Assembly: GCF_046119375.1 (NCBI RefSeq)
Contig: NW_027362763.1
Coordinates: forward strand, 711,264,001-711,328,000
Direction of reading: 5' to 3'
Origin: Phyllobates terribilis
Lineage: Eukaryota
DNA length: 64,000 bases
Shown here: positions 47,452 through 57,214 of the stretch, piece after piece
Layout of the letters: each line of letters starts with the position of its first letter
Position numbering within the stretch: the first letter of the stretch is position 1
Notes under the pieces: model-generated
What the model was told of the DNA's origin: nothing
Databases searched by the model: none
What the model saw: only the letters and a program-made list of their open reading frames with translations
Program-made: the position numbers and the translations under genes

Positions 47452-47765
47452 GGTGCAAAAAGTCCAAAAGTTCCATAGATAATGGAAAATTGGAACAATT
47501 GGGCACGCATGCCCATTAAAGCAGCACCACTCCAATCCAATAGGGCATTTACCTGTAGACTCCCATTTTGGTGGTCCCAGTGGTGGGATTTCCACTAATT
47601 AGAAAACTGTTGGATATGTGCACATGGGAAAATGTATCCACTGTGTATTACAGCTTCAGCATAGTAGATGCAAGAATTGACCTATGCTGTGGATAAGAAA
47701 TTCTCAACATTTCAATTGCAGCAGATTTATTACAAGGGTGGTGCTTTTTATTCCAATCTTAGATC

Positions 47766-48137
47766 TACAAGGTAACGTTTCACCTTGTGGGGAGTGATAA
47801 GCCAAGCCTGGCATGTCAGTGTAAGGATACTTATAAGCCTTGCAATGCTCCTCTGGGAAATTAAACATATAAATTACCTCTTCGTAAAGGAAGAGAATTT
47901 CAACTGTAGTGCCACCTACTGGAAGTAGAAATCCTAAAAGTCAATATCGACCCTTTATCGAGCCTTGCCATATGACTTACGGTAAAACCAAACCAGAATC
48001 TCAATTTGCAGACATGGTGTTTCGAGGTGTTGCCCCTCAGCTCCTTAAAGGGTCTATATTGACTTTTAGGATTGATTCTTCCAATAGGTGGCACTAGAGT
48101 TCAAGTCCTCTTTCGCTCTGAGGAGACAATTTGCATG
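47766..48137. mobile_element. Probable Penelope-like/retrozyme-like fragment: one minus copy plus an inverted partial copy, with a truncated hammerhead
   Basis: TAGTGCCACCTA.TGGAAG...TCCTAAAAGTCAATAT.GACCCTTTA (47908-47957) is inverted at 48046-48096. Minus strand 48040-48011 reads CTGA-GGGG-CAACA-CCTC-GAAA-CACCATGTC. Confidence 0.5.
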
Positions 48138-49429
48138 TTCCAATTTTAAAAACTCCTGGAATTTTTCTGGAATTAAAATATATTTAGAATTATACTATTT
48201 GTGACACTAATTGTTCAATATAAAATTGCTCTATTCATCCTACATTTAATAGTGCATGGATCACCCCCAAGTTTGGCAAGAAAAAAGAAAAAAAGAGATC
48301 TAGCCAGTAATCCCTCCAAACAATCGGTGCATTATATGTCTGACATATACTGATGAGGAGTGACTTATGTACAATGCTTATTACATGGAGGAGTAGACAA
48401 TGTTGGTCTTATGCCGGTTCTTTATTTAATCATCACAAGGCCTCTATGGGTGCCCAGATGACTGTTTAGTGTTATACAAAGGGACATTGAGCTGTCATTT
48501 GTTTTATTCCACTGTGAGATAATGAATATGATTAAAATGCTTTCTAGATTGAATCCAACCTGCTGCATCTGCTGCTCCATAATCCAGCGGTAATTCTACC
48601 AATGTGACAAGACTGGTGGTTGGCAGCTGTGCACTGGGAATCCGGCCACACATTAAGTGACCGGTATCCCTATCTCCATAGACTGTTTCTAGTTTCATTT
48701 GCATGTTTTTCATTCTGTTCACTCTCATTCTTCTACCTCCAGTATAATATATATTGTATAAAATTTAGTATTTTAACTCCTTCCTTTACACTTTCATTTT
48801 TTCATTTCTACCTTCCATGAACTACAACAGACCCCACTCATCACGTATGGAGAACAGCATAGGTTTAACAAGTCCGTTCATGAAGTTCTTTCCTTACTTC
48901 CTTTCTTCCTTCCATCTCCTGAGTAGTGTTGAGCCACCCCCGTAGTGTTCGAGTTCGGTTCGGTTCGTCGAACACCCGTGTGTTCGCCGAACTGTTCGTC
49001 GAACTGTTCGTCGAACACCTTCGAACACCGTTAAAACCAATGGCAGGCAAACAAAAACACATAGAAACACATAGAAAACACCTTCAAAGGTGTCCAAAAG
49101 CTGACAAACTGCTCAGAAGACATAACTAACACATGGAAAAGTGACAAGTAGATATAGTCATGCGAAAATAAAAGAGGTGGAGGAGTAAAAGGAGGGGGAG
49201 ACACAGATATAGGCATGTCATGCCCTTCTAAAATCCAAAAAGTGAGAAGCCGACACGGCCAGTCCGCTCCTGCCCGTGCCACCTCCGTGTCGCCGGGTTT
49301 GTGCCAGAGCCGCGGTGAACCCTGACGGCCAGCCCCCCTCTCCCAATACTGGTGCCTGTCCGCTGGTGGGTTGAGCGAGCCCCCCTGTGGTGGAGGCAGC
49401 TCTAAGCTTTTTAATTTAAATTGTCTCTC

Positions 49430-49732
49430 TAATTTGAATGAATACACTTTAAATCCATTTACAAGGATCTATTGGAGGGCAAGTCTCATGCCAGCAGCCG
49501 CGGTAATTCCAGCTCCAGTAGCGTCCACTAAAGCTGCTGCAGTTAAAAAGCTTTTATAAGGATCGAGCTCGGCTGTCCACCGCAAGGCATCCTACTGCCA
49601 GTCCCAGCCCCTATGCCTTGGGGTGCCTCCTGATGCTCTTCACTAAGTATCCCATGGTCCCGAAGCATTTCCTTTGAAAAAATTAAGTGTCTAAACTACA
49701 GGTGGTGCAGCTTGCTTAACAGCCGGGATAAT
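49430..49732 (+). pseudogene. Decayed 18S rRNA fragment (530-loop to V4 region)
   Basis: TTGGAGGGCAAGTCT..TGCCAGCAGCCGCGGTAATTCCAGCTCCA...GCTGCAGTTAAAAAGCT...CCCGAAGCATTT.CTTTGAAAAAATTA matches universally conserved eukaryotic SSU sequence, with many substitutions. Confidence 0.93.
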
Positions 49733-49812
49733 CCGCTCACTAGCAGACACTGCTACTAGGCACAACGTATTTCCTGGGCTAGATGCAGTTAAAAATTTGT
49801 AATTAGATACTC

Positions 49813-51630
49813 TCGTTGGATGCTGAGAAAGCATTCCATAGAGTCTCCTGGCACGCCATATATGATTCTCTTAAAAAGCTTGGGGTAGGGGTCTAGGGGA
49901 CCCTTTTATAGCCAAAATCATGGCCCTGTATCGCAATACGTCACCTAGGCTGAAGATAAATGGAACTGTAGCACCCTGAGGGCTCGGTTGCTACAGACGT
50001 ATTGCACCTCACCCAGAGGTGTGATATCTCACTCTCAGGTAAGGATGGAGTGTGGATCAGGACCCGACACCTGCATGCATTACACCACATTGCCGTGGGG
50101 CAGGGCGACCAATATGCCCCTGAGATGGGCACGACAGTCCCTGTCCCTGGCTGGAGTGGGGGGAGGGAACACTGAGGAAGGGGAACCCTGTAGTGCAGGA
50201 GCAGGGAGGAAGCAGTTCCTGGGTGCATTGAGAAGGGAGTATAAAAGGTGGGCACCATCTTAGTTCAGTGCAGAGAAGTCTGAGCAGAAGTGGCAGGGAG
50301 CAGGGGCTCTGCATGAGCTCTGCTCCGGAGGCGGGCCTAGTAACAGAGGCCCAGGCCTGGAAGAGGGAGAAGGAAGGAAGAGGAGCGGAGAAGGCTCCAG
50401 GAACGAGGAATGAAGGGATCCCAGGGGTGCGGACGGGCGAGTCGCCACCGCACGCCCGAATCCACCTGCGTGGAGGGGTCAGGCCAAAGGGGGAGACCGG
50501 TCCCCGAACTAGTGGAGGCAGGAAACGACCCTCAGCTAGAAACCGGAGGCTCTGACATTTTATGTGGCGCAGCCCCTCGCTACACCCGCTAGGAAGGCAC
50601 CACATAGGGTCAGGGAAACTGGCGCCAAGTTTACCAAGAGGAGGCCCGAGGCAGCCGGACAGAAGTGTTGGTAAGAAAGGCCAGACAAAGGACACACAAA
50701 GGGGGTCCTGTGAAGTGCTCCAAAGTTATCTGGGAGTTGTCTGAGCCCCTCACCTGGTGAGCACAGTACGACGTGGGCAGCCGTTACCTGCAGACGTGGT
50801 CTGGATAATAAGAACTGTGAGTAAAGGCCCTGAACTGCATCACTGACTCCGTGTCGTTACTGCTGCTGCCCTGCACCATCACCCCCATCCTCCGCATACA
50901 CTGCCCTGAGGCTATACTCCTCCCGTGGGGAGTTATGCTACGCTCTGCTGCACCCACAACACCAGCCTCAGTGGTCTGCCCTGTAGCGGCGGTTCACTCT
51001 GACCGCAATCCACGGGTGGCGTAGTGGGACATTTAAACATGAAAACCACATAAATAGTTCCGCCACTGGTTTGACCGCCCTGAGCCACGGAACCGGGTCG
51101 CCGCCACGAAAACTACAACCACCAGCATCCACCAAAAAGGGTCCGGCTCCGGGTGTCCCAAGGCCCAGGGGGTGCGTCAGAACATTTTCATCACCTTTCA
51201 CAATCACCAATGGGACAAGGCAGTGATGTCCTCTGTCCCCTCTCTTATACATCCTAGTGACGGAGCACCTGCTCTCATCAATTCGCCATAACCCCAATAT
51301 TAGGTGGATTGAGGTGGGAGGCACCGAGTACAAGTGCTCTCTATTTGCTGATGATGTCCTAGTATATATCACTCAATCACATATATCCATCCATGCTGTT
51401 ATGGCTGAAATAGATCACTTTGTTACATGGTAAAATTTTAAAATCAATGCAGCGAAGTCTGAGGCCCTCGATGTCTCCCTCCCCAAATCCATATAGGATT
51501 CCATCCAGTCCAACTTTCCCTTTGCCTGGCCCTCACAGGGTATCAAATACTTAGGAATTCCTATTCATAGAGACCTCTCCCATCTATGTTATCTTAATTT
51601 TGGGCCCTTTATTGAACAACTCCATACAGA
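49813..51630 (+). pseudogene. L1-clade reverse-transcriptase fragment (49813-49966 plus 51180-51630) split by an LTR
   Basis: Translates LDAEKAFHRVSW...KINGT|FSSPFTITNGTRQ*CPLSPLLY...KCSLFADDVLVY...IKYLGI. Confidence 0.9.
49967..51179 (+). mobile_element. Solo LTR, Gypsy-like family A (1213 bp)
   Basis: TGTAGCACCC...GGGGGTGCGTCA. 4-bp TSD GAAC (49963-49966, 51180-51183). Confidence 0.93.
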
Positions 51631-51701
51631 CCACGGTTGGCAAGTTAGAACTGTAAGATTCACTACGTGAACCACTGGTGTTTTGTGGAAAAGCACATGT
51701 A

Positions 51702-53062
51702 CACTGCGTTCCAAATTATTATACAAAAAGTGTTTAGGAGTGATAAGGGAAGAATTTGTTTGTTTGTCAGTTAAACTCATTGATGGTTATGTGTGTCAGG
51801 GCTCTTTATATCACTGTAAGCAATTGCAGACACCTGTGCTAATTAGTTTGGCAGGTGTGTCCAATGAAAGGCAAGACTACTTAAGAAGGCTCTCTCACAT
51901 TATTAAGCAGCCTACATTTTCTGCCAAAATGGGAAAGAAAAAGGATGTGTCGGCTGCTGAGAAGCAACAAATTGTGGAGTGTTTAGGTCAAGGCATGACT
52001 ACAATCAACATTGTGCGATGATCAGGATGAAGTGTCTTGGCAATCAAGAAGTATGTAGCTGATTCACAGTACACACGTGTGCGTGCTGATAAGGGCAAAT
52101 TGAGGACTCTTTCCTATAGCAATTACGTCAGGTTGAAAGAGCAGCGGCAAAAAAGCCTTGTCATAGCAGCAGACAAGTTTTTGAAGCTGCTTGTGCCTCC
52201 AACGTCCCCCGAACAACAAGATGCAGGGTCCTTCAGAGGTTTGCAGCTGTGCATGCGCCATCCTGTCGACCTCCTCTATCCACTTCACACAAGCAGAAAC
52301 GGCTCCAGTGGGCCAAACATTACATGAAGACTGATTTCAAAACTGTTTTGTTCACGGATGAGTGCCGTGCAGCGCTCGATGGTCCAGATGGATGGAGTGG
52401 AGGATGGCTGGTTGATGGACACCCCACGCAAACACGGCTACAGCGCCAACAAGGAGGAGGTGGAGTAATGTTTTGGGCTGGAATCATGGGGAGAGAGATT
52501 GTCGGCCCCTTTAGGATCCCTGAAGGCGCTAAAGATGAACTCCATAATGTATGTGGATTTTCTCAAACAGCACTTCCTGCCATGGTTCAAGAAGAAGAAC
52601 CGTGTATTTCACAGCAAGATCATTTTTCTGCATGATAATGCACCATCTCATGCTGCACATAAAACATCTGCATCTCTGGCTGATATGGGCATAAAAGGGG
52701 ACAAACTTATGGTGTGACCCCCATGCTCCCCTGACCTCTACCCCATTCAGAACCTTTGGAGCATCATTAAAAGGAGTGTCTATGATGGCGGGAGGCAGTT
52801 CACATCTAAGCAACAGCTGTGGGAGGGTATTCTGTCCTCATGCAAAACAATTGAAGCAGAAACCATCCAAAACCTGACAAATTCAATGGACGAGAGAGTT
52901 CAGAAGCTCCTTTCGAACAAGGGGTCCTATGTGAAAATGTAACATCACCTAGAATAAAGTTTTGAGTTGAAAACTGTTTGATTTCAGTTTCTAACAACCT
53001 GCTAATGCTTATAATTTCAAAAATGACCATTTTTTTGGTCTTTATTAAAATGAAAAGGTTGA
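51702..53062 (+). mobile_element. Tc1 transposon, right TIR deleted, transposase broken
   Basis: TA|CACTGCGTTCCAAATTATT. Frames give MGKKKDVSAAEKQQIV, VLFTDECRAALDGPDGW, FLHDNAPSH and SPDLYPIQNLW. Confidence 0.88.
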
Positions 53063-53400
53063 TCGAAAAGTTTGGGGGATCTAAGAGTGTGGCAACCCAG
53101 TAGTCATGATTACTTCGAATTCTGACAATATGAGGGTCATGCTGCAGGTAGTGCAGCAAGAAGGCACTTATGTGCCTTGCGCATCTCGGAGCCCCAAAAT
53201 TATTTTCCGGGCTAGATGCAGCTAAAAATTATTTTTAATTTTAAATCTGGTGAAGCTTTAGTATAGATGGCCTAATAGGATCAGTGCTGCACACTGCTAC
53301 AAAGCCCAAATTATTTTCCAGTCAAGATACAGATAAACATGATTAGTAATTTGAAAGCTTAAAACGGTTGGTAGGGTGATTTTAACCAATCATCAAGCTT

Positions 53401-56400
53401 TTAATCTCCCCAGGATGACACAGGGGTAGAAAAGTCGTTTCGGATCCATGATTTGTTCATCTTTATGAACGTGAGTCTGTCTACATTATCAGTGGAGAGC
53501 CGCGTGCGCTTATCTGTCAGCACACCACCAGCAGCGCTGAACACACGTTCAGACAGAACGCTGGCTGCGGGGCATGACAAGATCTCCAAGGCGTAAGTGG
53601 CTAGCTCCGGCCATTTATCCAGATTGGAAGCCCAAAAAGAGCAAGGGTCCAGTGACACAGTCGTGGCTTCAATGTTTACTTGGAGATACTCCTGTACCAT
53701 CGTCTCTAGGCGTTGACTATGTGTCAGACTTCTTGTCTCCTGTGGCCTTGCAAAGGATGGGCTAAAAAAGTGGTGAAATGATTCCGCAAAATTGATGTTA
53801 CCAGCAGATACTGTGGTTCTGTTACGGTTTGAGTGCTGAACACTTGATGGTCCCACGGTTTTCAAGTTGGAACTGTGAGATTCACTACGTGCACCACTGG
53901 TATTTTGTGGAAAAGCACATGTAAGATTCTGCAACAGTCTCTGCTGATACTCCTGCATGCGTGCATCCCTTTCTATGGCAGGAATAATTTCTGCAAATTT
54001 ACTTTTGTACCGGGGATCTAACAGTGTGGCAACCCAGTAGTCAGGATTATTTCTAATTCTCACAATTCGAGGGTCATGTTGCAGGTAGTGCAGCAAGAAG
54101 GCACTCATGTGTGTTGCGCATCCAGGAGCACCAAGTCCCTGTTGTGTTGGTGGCGAGGTAACAATCATGCTTCCTTCCTCTGTCCTCTCCCCCCAACCTC
54201 GCACAACAGAAATGTGATCAAGGTCTCCCTCATCTGATGAGTCTTCCATCAGTTCGTCCTCCACTTCTTCCTGGGCTCCTGCACCTTCCTCACTAGTTTG
54301 GCTGCTACCATGCGCCCTGGTAAAACCATCTCCCCCACCCTCACATGCCTGCCGCCTTGGTGCTGCCGACCGTCTGGACCTTGCAGATGTTAGCCCTTCC
54401 GCATACAACTCCTCCTCCTCTACTTCCTCCACCTCCTCTTGTGCCACCACCTGACTCCGAATTCTGTTTAACATGTGCTCCAGCATGTAAATCACCGGAA
54501 TAGTCATGCTGATAATGGCATCGTCAGCACTAAACATCTTCGTCGCCATTTCAAAACTGTGCAGAAGGGTGCATAGGTCCCTGATCTGAGACCACTCCTC
54601 CAGCGTGATTTGCCCCACCTCTGAATCTCGTTGGCCCAGGCTATACGTCAGAACGTATTGCACCAGGGCTTGTCGGTGCTGCCACAGTCGCTGCAACATG
54701 TGCAGAGTTGAATTCCACCGGGTAGGCACATCGCATTTTAGCCGGTGAAGTGGCAGGCCCAACGACTTCTGTAGAGATGTAAGTCGCTGAGCTGCGGGAT
54801 GCGAACGGCGGAAGTGAGCACACAGCGACCGTGCCCTCTGCAGAAGGCCATCTAGTCTGGGATAGTGGGCTAAAAATTGCTGGACAACCAGGTTCAACAC
54901 GTGAGCCATACAAGGCACGTGTGTGACATTGCCCCGGCGAAGGGCCGCACCCAGGTTTGCAGCATTGTCGCACACGGCCTTCCCTGGTTTCAGGTCCAGT
55001 GGAGACAACCATTCATGAAATTGGTTCTCCAGAGCTGACCACAACTCCTCAGCTGTGTGACTCACATTTCCCAGACATTTCAATGTAAAAACCGCCTGAT
55101 GACGTTGAGCCCTACTGCCAGCATAGTAAGGAGGTGTGCAGGATCCCTTCTGCGCAGTTAGAAAGCTTGTGGCATGACCAGACAGGCTTTGGGTGCAGGT
55201 GGAAGACCGAGAGGAGGTTGAGGAGGCAGAAGCAGTGGAGGAACTTTGACATAAAGAGGATTGACGCACAACTCGTGGGGACGGCAAGACTTGGACAGCA
55301 GCCCCTTGTCCTGCTGTCACCATAGTTACCCAGTGCCCAGTCAGCGACATGTAACGCCCCTGTCCATGCCTACTCGTCCAAGTGTCTGTGGTGAAATGCA
55401 CCCTGTCACACACAGAGTTTCTCAAAGAAGCGGTGATGTTGTGTGCGACATGCTGGTGGAGCGCAGGCACACCTTTCTTTGAGAAGTAGTGCCGACTGGG
55501 CATCTGGTACTGGGGCACTGCGACGGACATAAGGTCTCGAAAATCCTCTGTGTCCACCAGGCGGAAAGGCAGCATTTCTGTAGCCAAGAGCTTGCAGATG
55601 GTGAAATTCAACCTCTTAGCTTTCTCATGGCTAGGAGGAAATGGTCTTTTACTTGTCCACATCTGAGGGACCGAGGGCTGGCTATTGTGCTTAGACGGGG
55701 TTGATAAGGGTGTCCCCGGCAAACTGCCGGTCTGTGAGGAAGATGCAGGCGGACATGTTAGGTTGCCTTGATCCAAAGGTGGTGCTATCGATGTCGGACA
55801 GCGCTCAACACCAGCTGGTGTTACCACCTCCAAAGAAAATGATGACCTGCCAATCACGCTGGCTGTTGCGGGTAAAGAGGTGGCAGGTTTGCGCCCCAAA
55901 ACAGGTGTGACTGCTGTCCCCCCAGTCACAGAGGATGAAGAGGCCGCGGATGCACAAGATATGGCAGACGGTGATTGGCCCGGCCGGCTAGGCCGCATTG
56001 TAGCACACTGAGCTTCCCACTGCAACTTATGCTTCATGTCCATGTGCCGGTTCATGCATGAAGTACTCAAACTATGTATTTTTTGGCCTCTACTTAGCTT
56101 TTGCTGACAAATGTTACAGATAACACGAGTTGGGTCATCTTTATCGATCTGAAAAAATGCCCAGGCTATGCAAGGCTTAGCACCCATGCGACCTGAAGAG
56201 CCACCACGACTTGTGGTGAGAGGCAGAGTTGTGTTTGAGGATGCAGTTGTTGACGTGCTTCCAGTACTACGTCTCTGTCCAGGAAGGCGCAACCTGACCT
56301 CGTCGTCACTAGCATCTTCCTCCACCTCCTCTGCTGACCTCATCTCTTGGCTGACTGTGGGTTGACAGTAAGTGGGATCTCCGACCTCATCATCATCACC

Positions 56401-57102
56401 CTGTGCGTTATCACACCCGTCGTCCTCAGAGCCAACCTGTTCCTGCCCTGACAAAAAACTAAAGTTGTCGCTCCAATCAGGTATTTGAGTCTTATCATCG
56501 TCTTCCTCATTGTCTCCACCAACAGGAGTTACAGTTTGGGAATGAGGGTCTACATTATGGTCAGAACCTTCTGCGTCTGGTCCTGGATCCGACTCATAAA
56601 GATTCTGGGCATCAGTGCAGATCATTTCCTCGTCTGGATTCACAGAAGCGCTGGAGTCGACCTCTGATTCCCAGGCTATAGTATGAGTAAACAGCTCTGC
56701 AGACTCAACCATCTGTTCTACCTCATACTCAGACGGGCAGCTGGAGATTTGGGAGCTGTGAGGAAGCAAGTGCGATTTGGGTGACACCTTTGAGGACTGG
56801 AGTATTTGTGATGTTGAAGTTGATGTGGAGGAGAGCCCACTTAAAGGAGCACTTGATATCCGTTGAAGCACCTGCTGTTTTTGTGCCTCATCTGGAATTT
56901 GTAGCGATTGGCGTGGCCGTAAGAAAGGGATCTTATCACATTGTCCGCTAAAAGAAGTAGACATTTTAGTTTGGCTGGAAGATGGTCTTTCTTCTGCAGA
57001 TGTTACTGTTGCTTTAACACGTACCCCACGGACACAACCTTTTTTCCCCTTCCCAACAAGCCTATTCCCCTTTCCACCAGCAGCAGGCCTTTTTCCACTC
57101 AT
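53401..57102 (-). CDS. Intact hAT transposase, 1233 aa (BED zinc finger, DDE catalytic domain, C-terminal dimerisation domain; ZBED1/4-like family)
   Basis: Uninterrupted ORF with AWAFF..VICNICQQ..MNRHMDMKH, VHFTTDTW, AVCDNAANL, CMAHVLNL, DVPTRWNST, LLDPRYK and WPELATYALEILSCPAASVLSERVFS. It lies between TIRs with a TSD, so it is a transposon gene rather than a domesticated one. Confidence 0.96.
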   Translation of the reverse strand: MSGKRPAAGGKGNRLVGKGKKGCVRGVRVKATVTSAEERPSSSQTKMSTSFSGQCDKIPFLRPRQSLQIPDEAQKQQVLQRISSAPLSGLSSTSTSTSQILQSSKVSPKSHLLPHSSQISSCPSEYEVEQMVESAELFTHTIAWESEVDSSASVNPDEEMICTDAQNLYESDPGPDAEGSDHNVDPHSQTVTPVGGDNEEDDDKTQIPDWSDNFSFLSGQEQVGSEDDGCDNAQGDDDEVGDPTYCQPTVSQEMRSAEEVEEDASDDEVRLRLPGQRRSTGSTSTTASSNTTLPLTTSRGGSSGRMGAKPCIAWAFFQIDKDDPTRVICNICQQKLSRGQKIHSLSTSCMNRHMDMKHKLQWEAQCATMRPSRPGQSPSAISCASAASSSSVTGGTAVTPVLGRKPATSLPATASVIGRSSFSLEVVTPAGVERCPTSIAPPLDQGNLTCPPASSSQTGSLPGTPLSTPSKHNSQPSVPQMWTSKRPFPPSHEKAKRLNFTICKLLATEMLPFRLVDTEDFRDLMSVAVPQYQMPSRHYFSKKGVPALHQHVAHNITASLRNSVCDRVHFTTDTWTSRHGQGRYMSLTGHWVTMVTAGQGAAVQVLPSPRVVRQSSLCQSSSTASASSTSSRSSTCTQSLSGHATSFLTAQKGSCTPPYYAGSRAQRHQAVFTLKCLGNVSHTAEELWSALENQFHEWLSPLDLKPGKAVCDNAANLGAALRRGNVTHVPCMAHVLNLVVQQFLAHYPRLDGLLQRARSLCAHFRRSHPAAQRLTSLQKSLGLPLHRLKCDVPTRWNSTLHMLQRLWQHRQALVQYVLTYSLGQRDSEVGQITLEEWSQIRDLCTLLHSFEMATKMFSADDAIISMTIPVIYMLEHMLNRIRSQVVAQEEVEEVEEEELYAEGLTSARSRRSAAPRRQACEGGGDGFTRAHGSSQTSEEGAGAQEEVEDELMEDSSDEGDLDHISVVRGWGERTEEGSMIVTSPPTQQGLGAPGCATHMSAFLLHYLQHDPRIVRIRNNPDYWVATLLDPRYKSKFAEIIPAIERDARMQEYQQRLLQNLTCAFPQNTSGARSESHSSNLKTVGPSSVQHSNRNRTTVSAGNINFAESFHHFFSPSFARPQETRSLTHSQRLETMVQEYLQVNIEATTVSLDPCSFWASNLDKWPELATYALEILSCPAASVLSERVFSAAGGVLTDKRTRLSTDNVDRLTFIKMNKSWIRNDFSTPVSSWGD

Positions 57103-57214
57103 TTTGGTGGTTAACTAATTCACAACTCTGGAGTTGTTTGCACAATAAACAATGGATGGTAACGGAGCAGAACTGAGTGGCCAAACTGTGGTATTAGGCC
57201 AAAACTATTGGCTG

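Noticed and set aside
49430-49732. Functional rRNA gene or contaminant
   Set aside because: Only about 300 bp, with substitutions in invariant positions, and embedded inside a TSD-flanked transposon.
53401-57102. Domesticated host gene (ZBED1/ZBED4/ZBED6)
   Set aside because: It is flanked by TIRs and a perfect 8-bp TSD within a Tc1 remnant, so no gene symbol was assigned.
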